A stretch of DNA of 64,000 bases from Candidatus Hydrogenedentota bacterium (GTDB taxonomy: Bacteria; Hydrogenedentota; Hydrogenedentia; Hydrogenedentales; SLHB01). Below, in pieces: positions 37,998 to 49,078 of the stretch. The notes beneath the pieces are model-generated. The model worked only from the letters and a program-made list of their open reading frames with translations, had not been told where the DNA came from and did not search any database. The stretch lies in assembly GCA_963745075.1 (NCBI GenBank), contig CAVUWV010000018.1:96001-160000 (forward strand). The letters run 5' to 3'. The translations under genes and the position numbers were made by a program. Positions within the stretch are counted from its first letter, which is position 1. Every line of letters begins with the position of its first letter.

Positions 37998-39710
37998 ATG
38001 GTTACGCAAATCTTCAAGCGCATCTTGCTGAGCGGACTTGTGTTGCTCGGCAGCGCGGCATTCGCAGCCACGATCGAGTTGGACGCGATCTCTCCGGCGG
38101 CGCGCGTGCGGCCGGAGGGGATCGTGGACGGTGACGCTGCCGCGTCGATTGCCGCCGCGCGGGGCGAGTATGAGTCCTTTCAAGTTGTGGTGACGGCACG
38201 GGATGGGAACCTTCAGAAACTGAACGCAGACGTGTCTCCCATGCAGAACGCCGAGGGCGAGGAATCCCCGGGAATCACCGTCACGGTGTATCGGGAAGCG
38301 TTCATTCCCGTCCGCCACTCGGCGCCCCGTGCCACGGAAGCGCCGGGACTGATTCCCGATGCGCTGGTCCCCTTTGTCAATCCATATACGGGCGAGACCA
38401 TTCCCGAACCGAAGTGGAGCGGCTCGGACCAGGTCGGGCCCCGGTTTGGGGCTTCCCAGTTTGAGGTCTGGCAGGATCAACATCAGCCCCTGTGGGTGGA
38501 TGTATGGGTCCCCCGCGACGCGGAGCCCGGCCTGTATTCCGCGACATTGACGGTCAAGTCCGGCGACATCGCAGCCGAAATGCCCATCACGCTCGAGGTG
38601 TGGGACTTCGCGCTGCCCGAAGGACCGACCCATGAAAACCATTTCGGCGGATTCGGAGGCGTGGCCGGCTACCTCGGACTCGATCCGAAGTCGGACGAGT
38701 TTCTCCAAATCGAGGCGCGTTACGACGAGATGATGGCGAACCATCGCTTGAATCCGCCAGTGCCGTCAAACGTGCACCCGGATGTCAGCGACGACGGGAC
38801 GGCGGACTTCTCGCCCGACGTGGATGAAGCCCTCACGGCGTTCGTGCAGCGGTATCACGTGACCAACATCGACATCCCGCGCGCGCCTTTCGGCGACATT
38901 ACCGGCGCAAACCGCGAAAAGGCGATCAACTTCTACCGTTCCTGGTACGCCTATCTCGCGTCCAAGGGATGGGCCGACCGTTCCTATCTCTACATGCTGG
39001 ACGAACCCAACGACGCGGAGGCATACGAACGGGTGCGGGCCTTGGGCGCAGTCGTGAAGGAAGCGGAACCGCGCCTGCGCAAGCTCGTAGTTGAGCAACC
39101 GTACACGCAAGACCCCGCGTGGGGCACGCTGGACGACGCCATCGACATCTGGTGTCCCCTCTTCGGGTTCATCGACGAAGCGAGCGTGGACCGCGTGATC
39201 GCCCAAGGCGACGACGTGTGGAGTTACACGGCCCTGGTGCAGACCGCGCCACCCTATCATCCCATGTACGAACGCGTGAAGGACGACTTGCCGCCGTTCT
39301 GGGAACTGGACTTCCCCGTGCTGAGCTATCGCATCGCCCCGTGGCTGAACCGCCGGTACCACATCACCGGCCTGCTCTATTGGTCCAGCGTGTACTGGGG
39401 TAGCCCGGATCGCGACCCCTGGGACGACCCCGGCTTCCGCATCCGCTGGAACGGCGAAGGCGCCTTGTTCTACCCCGGCACCGACGCCGGAATCGACGGC
39501 CCCATCGCCTCGATCCGCCTCAAAAACCTCCGCGACGGCATGGAAGACTACGAGTACTTCGCGATTCTGGATGAAAAAGGTCTCAGCGAAGAAGTGAACC
39601 TTTGCGTAGGTGAAGCCGTACCAACATGGGGAACTTGGGCTCAGGATCCTGCACGGCTTGAAGAACTGCGGCACAGACTTGCGGCGACGATTGTGAGACA
39701 AACTCGCTGA
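37998..39710 (+). CDS. Secreted DUF4091-domain putative glycoside hydrolase
   Basis: Signal peptide; ARGEYESFQV; QPLWVDV; LEVWDFALP; DEP; GLLYW; SIRLKNLRDGMEDYEY. Confidence 0.82.
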   Translation: MVTQIFKRILLSGLVLLGSAAFAATIELDAISPAARVRPEGIVDGDAAASIAAARGEYESFQVVVTARDGNLQKLNADVSPMQNAEGEESPGITVTVYREAFIPVRHSAPRATEAPGLIPDALVPFVNPYTGETIPEPKWSGSDQVGPRFGASQFEVWQDQHQPLWVDVWVPRDAEPGLYSATLTVKSGDIAAEMPITLEVWDFALPEGPTHENHFGGFGGVAGYLGLDPKSDEFLQIEARYDEMMANHRLNPPVPSNVHPDVSDDGTADFSPDVDEALTAFVQRYHVTNIDIPRAPFGDITGANREKAINFYRSWYAYLASKGWADRSYLYMLDEPNDAEAYERVRALGAVVKEAEPRLRKLVVEQPYTQDPAWGTLDDAIDIWCPLFGFIDEASVDRVIAQGDDVWSYTALVQTAPPYHPMYERVKDDLPPFWELDFPVLSYRIAPWLNRRYHITGLLYWSSVYWGSPDRDPWDDPGFRIRWNGEGALFYPGTDAGIDGPIASIRLKNLRDGMEDYEYFAILDEKGLSEEVNLCVGEAVPTWGTWAQDPARLEELRHRLAATIVRQTR

Positions 39711-39754
39711 GCGTGCGTTACCACGCGGTTTGTGCTCGCACGAGGAGGTTGGCT

Positions 39755-40804
39755 ATGGTCACTTTGCGGTACGAACTGAGTATTTCGTGGGGCGCCTTAT
39801 GGGTTCTCGTCGTCCTTCTACCTACGGGATCGACTGCGGCGCAAGACGCGTCCCAATCCCCCGCCATTGTTGACCAACGATTGGCTACTGCGCTCTCGTA
39901 TGAAGTCGTGGGAAAGCCCTATACACAGGAAGAAGACGGGAGCGTTGTGATTCATCGTGATCCCGAAACAATTGTCTATCGAGGCGCCACGGTGGAGCGC
40001 GATGAGAAGGGCTTTACCACCATCACAGCGGAAACGGTTGAGCTGTATATCGATCACAACGATGGCAACGGCGATCAACTTGTTAAGACAATCGATCATC
40101 CTCAAAAACCTACTCGCTTGCCTCCTGCTGGCGTAACTCCTTTCGGGGTCATCTCTGATTTGGTATTTGAAGGTCATCCCGTGTGCTTTGAGTGGTCAGT
40201 GGTCGACCAAGACGATGCGGCAGACGAGCCGCGGCTCACGGGTGTGCTGGGGTCGAAGGACGAGCGGATCGGAGATGTCTTAGGCCACATTGTGTCGCAG
40301 GTGCCGAACGAATTGCGTTGGGTGACAATTTCGGAGATCCCGTGGCTTCTTCCTGCACAAGGCCAAGCGGTCGAGAGTGATTTGGATGAAGAGCTTGCGC
40401 TTGGAATAGACCATGAATCAGCGTGGGATGCGATTAAAGAAGTAACGACCACCGCCAACTCAGCTGGCACCCACATACACGTCAATACGGGCTTCCTGCT
40501 GGGACTGTCCTCTCCGCCGAGGGCGTTTGTTGAGGAACAGACAATAGATATTCCCCCGGGCTCTCGTACGGTGCGAGAACTGTTGAGCATGATCGCTTAC
40601 CAGTCACCGGTAGCGGTCGCTTACCGTTACACGAACAGTTTCAGCACAGGAAAAGATAAGGCGTCCACCGTGCGTCAAGGCGTTCTAATGATTGAGGTCT
40701 TTGAACGAGGCAAGAAGCCAGGGAAGACACGGGACAACAGAATGACTCCTGACGAATGCGGATGGTGGGAGCAAGAACTCGCACAGGCCAGTAATCCGTG
40801 GTGA
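39755..40804 (+). CDS. Hypothetical exported protein
   Basis: GAGGAGG RBS; signal-like N-terminus; ~350-aa ORF with no recognised motif. Confidence 0.65.
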   Translation: MVTLRYELSISWGALWVLVVLLPTGSTAAQDASQSPAIVDQRLATALSYEVVGKPYTQEEDGSVVIHRDPETIVYRGATVERDEKGFTTITAETVELYIDHNDGNGDQLVKTIDHPQKPTRLPPAGVTPFGVISDLVFEGHPVCFEWSVVDQDDAADEPRLTGVLGSKDERIGDVLGHIVSQVPNELRWVTISEIPWLLPAQGQAVESDLDEELALGIDHESAWDAIKEVTTTANSAGTHIHVNTGFLLGLSSPPRAFVEEQTIDIPPGSRTVRELLSMIAYQSPVAVAYRYTNSFSTGKDKASTVRQGVLMIEVFERGKKPGKTRDNRMTPDECGWWEQELAQASNPW

Positions 40805-40825
40805 AGGCGCGAAACAGTTAGAGGG

Positions 40826-42350
40826 TCACCCTTTCAATTCAGCGTCCACGGCCTTGTACGGCGATTCCAACGCCGTCGGCAAAAGCGAATACACGCTTCA
40901 AAACGTTCTCGATAGCTTTCGTGCGCCGACGTGTCAGGGGTGTAGGGTTCCGTTTCAAAGTTGACTCGGCCGACGGCGTCCTGGATATCGGAATAGATGC
41001 CCGCGCCGATGCCGGCGAGGATGGCGACGCCCATGAGGGTGACTTCGGGGTTGGTGGTGATCTCGACGGGGAGGCCGGTTACATCGGCTTTGAGTTGGAG
41101 CCAGAGCGGGTTTTTCTGGCCGCCGCCGACGACGCGGAGGCGGTTGGGGGTCTGGCCGACGGCGTCACCGATGGCGGCGATCTGGCGGCGCAACTGGAAG
41201 CACAGGCCTTCCAGGGCGGCGCGGACAATTTGTCCGCGGGTGGTCATGGTTTGGATGCCGAGGATGGTGCCCAACGCGTTGCGGCTGGCGTCGGGACCCA
41301 TCCCTCGCAAGAAACTGGGCAGCACGTAGACACCGTTCGACGGTACTTCGGCTTCGCGGAACATCACCTCATAGACACTGTCTTCGGCAACGTCCCGATA
41401 GAAGTTGTCGCGCACCCATTCGGTCACGCCGCCGGCGATCATGAGGCTTTGGCAGATCCATTGGCCCGGCAGGGCGTGGCATTCGAAATCGAGACCGTTC
41501 GCATGGTGCTCCGGGGTCGGCCGGAACGCATCCACCGTGGCGATGAGGATTTCCCAGGTGCCGGTGATATCGATCCAGATGTCGTCCTGCGCCACGCCGG
41601 CGCCCAGCACGCCGATTTCGCAATCGTGGCCTCCGGTAACCACGGGGGTCCCGGCGCCAAGCCGGTTTCCGACGCTGCAATTGCTGTGACCGCGCCGATC
41701 TGTGTGCCTGCCTCGCTGGTCGGAGGAAGGATCGACGGATCCACTTCCGCCGCCTCGAGCATTTTCGGAGACCACGTGCGCGTCCCCATGTCGAGCAGCA
41801 TGGTCGTTGAAGCAACCGTGCACTCGGTCGTGAATTCGCCTGACAAGCGGAACGCGATGTAGTCCTGCACCTGAAGCCAGCGATGGGTCTTCTTCAGGAT
41901 CTCGGGGTGGTTCTGACGAAACCAGAGCAAGCGGTTGGCGGTGTTGATGTGGTAGTTGTGATACCCCGTGATTTGGAAGATCTCCGCGTCCCCAACGCGA
42001 CGGTTCATCTCCGCCTGTTGGGGAATGGTTCGCCCACAGTGCCAGCTCACGAAGGGATACAGATGCGATCCATCGGCAGCCAGAGGAATACCGTCCGCGC
42101 CAAACCCGGTACACGCAACGGCTTTTACCCGGGACGCGTCCCCAACCGAATCGAGGCATTCGCGGATGCAGGCGCACACTTTGCCCCAGATGTCTTCGGG
42201 GTCCCAGACCATCCAAGCGGGTTCGCCCTGCGGGTCGGGAACGGGGCCATTCCGCCGATCGGCAACAGCAAGGAGTTTGCCTTCCGGGGAAAACAGGCCA
42301 GCCTTGATCCCTGTGGCGCCTACATCGACTCCCAAAAGTACATCGCTCAT
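40826..42350 (-). pseudogene. FGGY-family carbohydrate kinase (fuculo/xylulokinase-like), frameshifts at ~41652 and ~40895; probably assembly errors
   Basis: GVDVGATGIK, SWHCGRT; other frame TGGHD, ITGTWE, RAALEG, VGGGQKNPLWLQLKADVTG. Confidence 0.88.
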
Positions 42351-44668
42351 CCCTCGTCCTCCCCGTTGGTACCGCGATCGGAGCCGGCCCCGGTGGGATT
42401 ACCCGAATCCGCATCATCCTCCGCGCCGGGCGCTTGCGGCGGCGTGACGTGCAAGATATGCGTTTCGCCCAACTTCATGGGGAACGTCAACTGCCGCTTG
42501 TCCAACCACCCGACATTGGTGTCGAGCATGTCCTGAACATCGTACCGATCGCCCATGTCGATCTCATGGTCGCCGTTGCTTCCCGCGTGAATGGCGAAGA
42601 CCTGCGGTCCGAAGTGATACAGATCGTCCCCGCCGGATTCGGGTTTGGCGTAGATATGCTCTTCGAGGATGGTCAAGATTTCGCGAAGCAAATCGGCCGG
42701 CAGCGCGGGGTCGGCCACGTAAATCGAGGCCCAGCCCTCCTCAAAGAACTCGATGGCAACGCTCGTCTTGCCGGAATCGCGATACTTGGCCAGCGCTCGG
42801 CCTTCCTCAGAATCGATGTAAAATAATGGATACCATTCGCCCGAGGCCCCGAACTTCTGGCCCTTTTCGAGCCACTTTCCGCCGTCCAGTATAAACTCAG
42901 ATCCTGCAATGGCAGGTTTCTCGAAGGCAGCCACATGATGCCCCGTGATTAGACTGATATCCTTGGCCGGATCGTCGCCTCCAATGTAACCCGGAGCATA
43001 CATCCAAATCGCCGCGGCGTTCTGGTCGATCAGCACGGAGTGAAGCTGCTCTCGATCCTCCGCGTCGAGATGGAACGCGTTGGTGAAAATGTATGCCATG
43101 GACGGCGCTGCTTTGCCGTTCAGAACGTCCTGAAGCAGGCAGAATTGGGTGGGTGCGCCGGATCGAAGAGCCGCATCGCGGACTTGTGTGAGGAGATTCG
43201 TGTTCAGGGGATCATCGCAGCGCTGATAGAACCGGCTGGGTTCGTCCACGACGACGGTCACGCCGACGCGCTTTTCCGGGGTTGGGTATTCGACAAACCC
43301 GGATCCCTGCGCGAGGTTCTCGGCCGTCCAAATGGTTTGATATGCGGTGCGCATCTTGCCGAAACTGTCCCACATGCGGGGTTCGAGGAGGGTCCCGACG
43401 CCGTCCACGTCGGCCCAAAGCAGGCCCAGACCGTGGGCGAGCGCCCCGGCGTAGTTCCGGCGCTGCACGTTGAGTACATCTTCCGTTCGAAGTCCTTCGA
43501 TCCGTTCCGTCTCCCCGCTTACGGCGTTTCGCGAGACGCCGGTGCGGGTGTCGTCCACGATGTACCACTGTTTCCCGTGGCACACGGCACTGTCCACAGG
43601 GCCCATGAACCCGCCGGCCCCGCCCAGGCCGCGGTCACGGTAGGATACGGGGCTCACAAAGCCATCGACAACTCCGTCCAGCAACAGCCCCAGGGCACAG
43701 TGACCGCTGGCGTTGGAGGTGTATTCAAACGAATACCCGTAGGGGACCAGGACGTCGAAGACCCGGTCGCTGGCCTGATGAACGTGGGCCGCGAAGGTGG
43801 AGATGGCGTCGGCGGTGCTCTCCGAAACGTAGCGCAGGTAGTCGACGTATACCCGGTCTTCCGGTGTTGAATAGAAGACATGTTGCGTATCGCCGGTATC
43901 CGGTTGTGGAGGAATCTCGACGGCGTCGAAACCGGTTCCCGCCTTCCCCCACGCCTCGCCCAGAGCGGCTTCGCTGGGATACTGCGTGCGAAGCCAGGAT
44001 TTGAACCCCGTGAGATTGGTCTCGGATCGGTCGTATTCTTCGCTGTGGCGCCACCGGTCCTCTTCCAGCGCACCGATCACGAGTCCCGTAACGCGGTCGC
44101 CCCGGGCGGAACCGGCGATCCCCTGAAGCAGCTCCGACAAGGCTTGGCGTCCCGCGTCCAGCCACTTTTCCGACGTGACACTGGGGAATACGCCGTCCGA
44201 AGCGGCCGCGTCGGGATAGGCAACAAGCCAGGCGTCCGGGGGATTTAGTGAAATCGCCAGAATGATGTTAGCCTCGGGATCGGCCTCCTCGATCTGGTCG
44301 AGGGGGTATAACGTTTCCGATACCGTAGGACCCTGCTCCGGCCACGGCATGGCAACGCGGAACGCATAGTCGTGGATACCGGCTTTGGCGGCCAGGGTGA
44401 CTTCGCCCACGACCGCATCGAGGTCGGCACCGGGCTGGATGCTTGCGTACAAATACAGGGGGGGCGGTGGTGGAGTTGCGGGATGCGGTGATCCCGATGC
44501 GGACTGCGGCGCCGCTTCCCCGGATGAGGTCTTCTGCAATACAGACGGCTCGGCCCCGTCCCTGGAGCCCAGCCACAGGCCGGCAATCCCTGCGAGGACG
44601 ACGATGCCAATCGCACCGGCGACCCGCAGATAGATGCTGAAGTTTTCAGACGGTCCGCGTGCCGACAT
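42347..44668 (-). CDS. Membrane-anchored beta-galactosidase (GH42)-like protein
   Basis: N-terminal TM and Pro linker; FKSWLRTQY..L.EAWG; SPVSYRDRGLGG; DDTRT. Confidence 0.6.
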   Translation of the reverse strand: MSARGPSENFSIYLRVAGAIGIVVLAGIAGLWLGSRDGAEPSVLQKTSSGEAAPQSASGSPHPATPPPPPLYLYASIQPGADLDAVVGEVTLAAKAGIHDYAFRVAMPWPEQGPTVSETLYPLDQIEEADPEANIILAISLNPPDAWLVAYPDAAASDGVFPSVTSEKWLDAGRQALSELLQGIAGSARGDRVTGLVIGALEEDRWRHSEEYDRSETNLTGFKSWLRTQYPSEAALGEAWGKAGTGFDAVEIPPQPDTGDTQHVFYSTPEDRVYVDYLRYVSESTADAISTFAAHVHQASDRVFDVLVPYGYSFEYTSNASGHCALGLLLDGVVDGFVSPVSYRDRGLGGAGGFMGPVDSAVCHGKQWYIVDDTRTGVSRNAVSGETERIEGLRTEDVLNVQRRNYAGALAHGLGLLWADVDGVGTLLEPRMWDSFGKMRTAYQTIWTAENLAQGSGFVEYPTPEKRVGVTVVVDEPSRFYQRCDDPLNTNLLTQVRDAALRSGAPTQFCLLQDVLNGKAAPSMAYIFTNAFHLDAEDREQLHSVLIDQNAAAIWMYAPGYIGGDDPAKDISLITGHHVAAFEKPAIAGSEFILDGGKWLEKGQKFGASGEWYPLFYIDSEEGRALAKYRDSGKTSVAIEFFEEGWASIYVADPALPADLLREILTILEEHIYAKPESGGDDLYHFGPQVFAIHAGSNGDHEIDMGDRYDVQDMLDTNVGWLDKRQLTFPMKLGETHILHVTPPQAPGAEDDADSGNPTGAGSDRGTNGEDEG

Positions 44669-45545
44669 ATGCCGCCAACAGCCGCAGGGGTTCCGCGCGC
44701 TCGTCGAAGGGGGCTAAGTGCCCGATGGCCTCTTCAATAAGCCCCCGGGCTTTCGCTTTGGCGCCGTCCACGCCCAAGTGGGTCGAAAACGTCGCCTTGG
44801 CCTCGTTCTCGTCGGGGGCGCCCGCGTCGATTAGATCGTCGGTGATTTGGAATGCCAACCCCAGGCTCAGTGCATATTGTTCCAGCCGTTTGACGTCCTC
44901 GTCGGAGAGTCCTGCCAACCGCCCCGGGATAGCAATGGAGGCCAGGAACAAGGCGGAGGCCTTTTGGATGTAGATCTGCTCCAACTCTTCCAGGCTGGGA
45001 TTCAGATCGGCCATGTTCAGGTCGATGTGCTGGCCGTGAATAATCCCCTCGGTGCCCAGGACTTCGGAGAGAATCTGCACGACCTCGGCCGTTGCGTCCG
45101 TGCCGCACAGGCATTCCGCGTTGCGCGTCACGAGGTGAAACGCGCTGGAGATCAGGCCGAAGGCCGCAAGAATCGACGTGGCCTCGCCGAATTTGTGGTG
45201 GGTACACGGTTTTCCGCGACGATGGGGAGCGTCGTCCATGGCAGGCAAATCGTCGAGAATGAGGGACGCGGTGTGCACGAATTCGACGGCGCAGGCCGCG
45301 TCCAACAGGTTTTCCGGGGCCGTACCCGCAATGTCAGCCACGGCCAGAGCGACGATCGGACGCAGCCGCTTGCCGCCATCCAAGGTGGCGTAGCGCATGG
45401 CTTCGTGCACACCTTTGGGTTCTTTGTCGGCCGGGAGCAGGCGTTCTTCCAGCGCCTTTTCGACCATGTCCTTGCGCGTGCTCAGATATTCGGTTAGATC
45501 CAGACCAACCATGGTGCTTTCCATTTCGCCGGGAGGGGCTGCCAC
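44646..45545 (-). CDS. ispA: Polyprenyl (FPP/GGPP) synthase (start may be 45512)
   Basis: GGKRLRP, DDLPAMDD..RRG, GQ..D, GLAFQITDD. Confidence 0.92.
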   Translation of the reverse strand: MAAPPGEMESTMVGLDLTEYLSTRKDMVEKALEERLLPADKEPKGVHEAMRYATLDGGKRLRPIVALAVADIAGTAPENLLDAACAVEFVHTASLILDDLPAMDDAPHRRGKPCTHHKFGEATSILAAFGLISSAFHLVTRNAECLCGTDATAEVVQILSEVLGTEGIIHGQHIDLNMADLNPSLEELEQIYIQKASALFLASIAIPGRLAGLSDEDVKRLEQYALSLGLAFQITDDLIDAGAPDENEAKATFSTHLGVDGAKAKARGLIEEAIGHLAPFDERAEPLRLLAAYVGTRTV

Positions 45546-45565
45546 ATGACTCGCAGCCTATGGTG

Positions 45566-46888
45566 TCATTCCGTCGGTTCGATGCGAAGCCAGCCGCCGA
45601 AGTCTTCGTATGCGCCGGTTTGCTCCGCTCGAAATATGTGCTTGGCGATAAATGTCACGTCGCCCGGTGAAGTATCCAGTTCTTCGGTGTCGGTCCTTGT
45701 CGTTTTGAGGACCGAGAGTAGCCGTTCCCCCTGGTGAACTTCGACATTCGTATCGCCGAATTTAGGATAACAATTCGTGTGCGTGACCCGCAACGTGCCG
45801 CCACGGGATTTATACGTTGCCATCCGTGACATGGGCTGGAAAGACTGTCCATTGATGTTGCGGGACTGATACCACCCGTCAACGGGAAGTTCGACGCCGT
45901 GGAAGAAGAGGCTATCTCTGCGCACCATAGGCCAGAAGGAGCCGATCGTAAGGCCCCGTTTTCGAGCTTCATTCCGGGCGATCGTTGCGGCCGGCACGTA
46001 GGCCAGCCCCGCAAACCAGGATCGCAGGTGCGACCAAACCCGCCAAGGCTCGCCATCCAGCAGGGCCCGCCCGACCGCCTTGGCCTCGGCGCGCAGGTAG
46101 GCCGGCACCACGCTCGTGACGCTCGACGCGGGGAAGTTGCGCAGGATGAGTCGCAAGCGGTTTCGGGTGTTTCGGTAGTATTTGCGGCGGAGGTTGGCCC
46201 CCTCCCCCATGGTCGCGCTGAACTTGTGACGGACGGCAGCCGCCGGGCAGGACCACACCTCGTAGCCCGCGTCCCAAAACCGGAGACTAAGATCGAGGTC
46301 GTCGAGGTAGATGTCGAAGTCTGATGGCAACAAGCCTGTCTTGCGCAGGGCATCGCAGCGTAGGAGGCAAGCGCCTCCGCACAGGCCGAGGACCTTGCGG
46401 GGTTCGGCCCATTCCGGCCCGTCGATGCGGCCCAGTCCGAGGTCCCAGCCAACGCCGACCAGGGAGCATTCAATGCCCAGGGAATTGATGATATCGGGCT
46501 GGTCGAATAGGAGCATTTTTGGCGCAACACCGCCTATTTCGGGTCGGGACTCTGCAAATGAGACTAATTGTTCGATGCAATCGGGGGCGATGGCGGTGTC
46601 ATTGTTGAGGAGAAAGACGTAGTCCGCGTTTGCATCGAGGGCGCGTTCCATGCCGACGTTGTTGCCGCCGGACCAGCCGAGGTTCGCGCCGCATTCGACG
46701 AATTCAACGCGATCATCGTGGCCGAACTTAACCCTCACAAACCCGACGCTGCCGTCCGTGCTTGCGTTGTCCAGCAAAACGAACCGCGCATTTGTGTACG
46801 CGCTTGCACAGAGAGTTTCGAAGCACTCCTGCAAGTGCTCCATCCCGTTCCAGTTGATGACGAGAACATGTACCAACGGTTGCGACAT
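45566..46888 (-). CDS. GT2 family glycosyltransferase
   Basis: VINWNG, DNASTDGS, NLGWSGGNN, LLNND, YLDDLDL. Confidence 0.92.
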   Translation of the reverse strand: MSQPLVHVLVINWNGMEHLQECFETLCASAYTNARFVLLDNASTDGSVGFVRVKFGHDDRVEFVECGANLGWSGGNNVGMERALDANADYVFLLNNDTAIAPDCIEQLVSFAESRPEIGGVAPKMLLFDQPDIINSLGIECSLVGVGWDLGLGRIDGPEWAEPRKVLGLCGGACLLRCDALRKTGLLPSDFDIYLDDLDLSLRFWDAGYEVWSCPAAAVRHKFSATMGEGANLRRKYYRNTRNRLRLILRNFPASSVTSVVPAYLRAEAKAVGRALLDGEPWRVWSHLRSWFAGLAYVPAATIARNEARKRGLTIGSFWPMVRRDSLFFHGVELPVDGWYQSRNINGQSFQPMSRMATYKSRGGTLRVTHTNCYPKFGDTNVEVHQGERLLSVLKTTRTDTEELDTSPGDVTFIAKHIFRAEQTGAYEDFGGWLRIEPTE

Positions 46889-46960
46889 ACTATCCGGGAG
46901 TATAACAGAGCGGATCGCGGGCCAGCGAAACCTCGCGCGTTACCGAATGTCCCGATCAAA

Positions 46961-49003
46961 CTACTTGTGCTTGGGAAGCAGTCCGATTTCATCAAATGGG
47001 ATCGGCTTGAAATCCGGGAGTTTCTTGTACACGACGGAATCAGTTTTCAAGGCGAAATTGCCGGCAGCCATATCGACGAAGCCCGGGTCCTGGTCGGTTA
47101 CGAAGTTGTCGTGTTCGTCCCAGTTGCCTTTGATAAAGTTGCCACACTGGACGGCCACGTTCAAGGTCGCGAGATTCAGACGGGGACGGTCGTTGGGTTC
47201 CATAAAACCAACGAGGTCGGGGTATTTGGTAGTGTAAGGCGGCTTCGTGATGTCGACCTCTTTCAACAAGCGTTCCTGCCACAAGGGGGCGGCGACGTAG
47301 TCCCACCACCGCTTGTCGTCCCACGGCACGGCGCCGATGGCGCGCTTGCAGTCAATGAAGATGTTGTTGGTGACCGTGTTGTCGTGACCGCCGTGAATGA
47401 AGACCGCGCCGAAGTTGCCGCCGGCGGCGTTGTAGAAGACGTTTCCCGTCACGATCTGTCCGCCCGAGCCGTCATCGAAGTAGATGGCACAACTTCCGTG
47501 GGTCAGTTTGCTTCCGATGTCGTGCCAATAGTTGTTTCGGATGATGGTGCCCCGTTCGGACGGATTCCGTCCCATGTAGAAGGCGCCGCAGTCGTCGGTT
47601 TCCATGCCGCTGTGATGAATTTCGTTGAATTCAATGATGTGGTCATTACCGCCCAACCCGATGGCCTGGTGCGGCGCGTCGTGGATGAGGTTGTGTGCGA
47701 GGCGAATCCCCACGCCGTTCATGTGAACGTTGTACGCGTGCGTGCGCTGCCGCCGTGAAATGCGCCAAATGTGATTGTTCTCGACGACGTGTCCGCACGG
47801 GGTCAAGGTCTTGCGGTCTCCCCCGCTCACGTGAACGCCGCCGGTTCCGGTGTCGTGGATATCACATCCGGTAATGGTGTGGTTGGTCCCATCTTTCACA
47901 ATGATACCGGATAGGCCAGTGTTTCGAACCGTGCACGATTTGATCGTCACGCCCTCTCCCCCGGTCACTTCGATTCCGTTCCCCACGCAGATTTCCACGG
48001 TGAGGTTGGCAAGGGTGACGTGCGACGCATCTTGCAGGGAGACGACGGGGGTCGCCAGCGTCGACAACACGATTTGCGCGTCGGTTAACGGCGCGGGCGG
48101 CCAGAAATACAATAGTCCTTTATCGCGATCGATGTAATATTCACCGGGTTGGTCGAGTTCTTCGAGCAAGTTCAGGGCGTAGTAGCGGCGCGCCGCCGGG
48201 TTACCACTGCCGATGCCGTAGTGGTGTTGTTTCGCCAGGGTGATTTGATGGTGTTCGGTATCGATTGCAGCGACCTTAATGGTCTCCGCACTCCAATCGA
48301 AGCACCAGTATCCATGCAGCCAGACCGCGGGAGCGGACCGCCATCGCGAGGGGCGGTCGCCTTCGTACTCGAACACCCCGGGTTTATCCGACGCGTAGTT
48401 GCGCCAGGGGGCGGGTCCGCTCTCGATGACTTTGGCGATGGTCGCCCAGCCCTCGTTGGGCCAGCGGGCCAAGTTCATGCGGTCGCCGTTGAAAAAGAGT
48501 TCGGGCAACGGCGGCGCGTTCTCGAAGTTATCGGGGAACGTGCCCAAATCCGTTATGTTTTCGGCACCGAGATTCATGACAAGGACGTTATCGCGGGCCG
48601 CAGGTTCTAATCGATCCAGTACGGAATGCTCGTCGATTCTCTGAAATCCCTGCGAAGGAAGGTCTCGGCCACCAACGAGACACACTCCGTCCGCCGCACC
48701 TTTGTAGGTAACGGGCGATTCTGCGCTTCCACCGTCTTCAGCGGTCAGGTTCCAGGTTTCGGAGAGATGGTAGCGACCCGATTGAAGAACGACATCGACG
48801 GGTTGGGGCTTCCAGTCCAGCGTTTGCCGCAATTGCCGGACGGCGTTCTGCGCGCCATTCAACGTCGCGAAGGGAGCATCCGCCGTTCCGGCGTTTGCAT
48901 CGTCGCCCTGCGGAGCAATGTAAAGCGTGGAACAAAATGCCGTCACTGGTACCAACAAAGAAACCACGAGAACTAACGTCAACGACTTCATGCGTAACTC
49001 CAT
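46961..49003 (-). CDS. Secreted right-handed parallel beta-helix protein (GH141/pectin-lyase-like)
   Basis: Signal peptide; YIAPQGDDANAGT..PFATL; LARWPN; ELDQPGEYY; DCGAFY; IYFDD. Confidence 0.85.
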   Translation of the reverse strand: MELRMKSLTLVLVVSLLVPVTAFCSTLYIAPQGDDANAGTADAPFATLNGAQNAVRQLRQTLDWKPQPVDVVLQSGRYHLSETWNLTAEDGGSAESPVTYKGAADGVCLVGGRDLPSQGFQRIDEHSVLDRLEPAARDNVLVMNLGAENITDLGTFPDNFENAPPLPELFFNGDRMNLARWPNEGWATIAKVIESGPAPWRNYASDKPGVFEYEGDRPSRWRSAPAVWLHGYWCFDWSAETIKVAAIDTEHHQITLAKQHHYGIGSGNPAARRYYALNLLEELDQPGEYYIDRDKGLLYFWPPAPLTDAQIVLSTLATPVVSLQDASHVTLANLTVEICVGNGIEVTGGEGVTIKSCTVRNTGLSGIIVKDGTNHTITGCDIHDTGTGGVHVSGGDRKTLTPCGHVVENNHIWRISRRQRTHAYNVHMNGVGIRLAHNLIHDAPHQAIGLGGNDHIIEFNEIHHSGMETDDCGAFYMGRNPSERGTIIRNNYWHDIGSKLTHGSCAIYFDDGSGGQIVTGNVFYNAAGGNFGAVFIHGGHDNTVTNNIFIDCKRAIGAVPWDDKRWWDYVAAPLWQERLLKEVDITKPPYTTKYPDLVGFMEPNDRPRLNLATLNVAVQCGNFIKGNWDEHDNFVTDQDPGFVDMAAGNFALKTDSVVYKKLPDFKPIPFDEIGLLPKHK

Positions 49004-49078
49004 TACAAATGCCTTTCTCCGTGGTTCCGTCTATTAATCGCCACCGTCATAGACGGGTCCAAGATGTAGTCCTCACGT

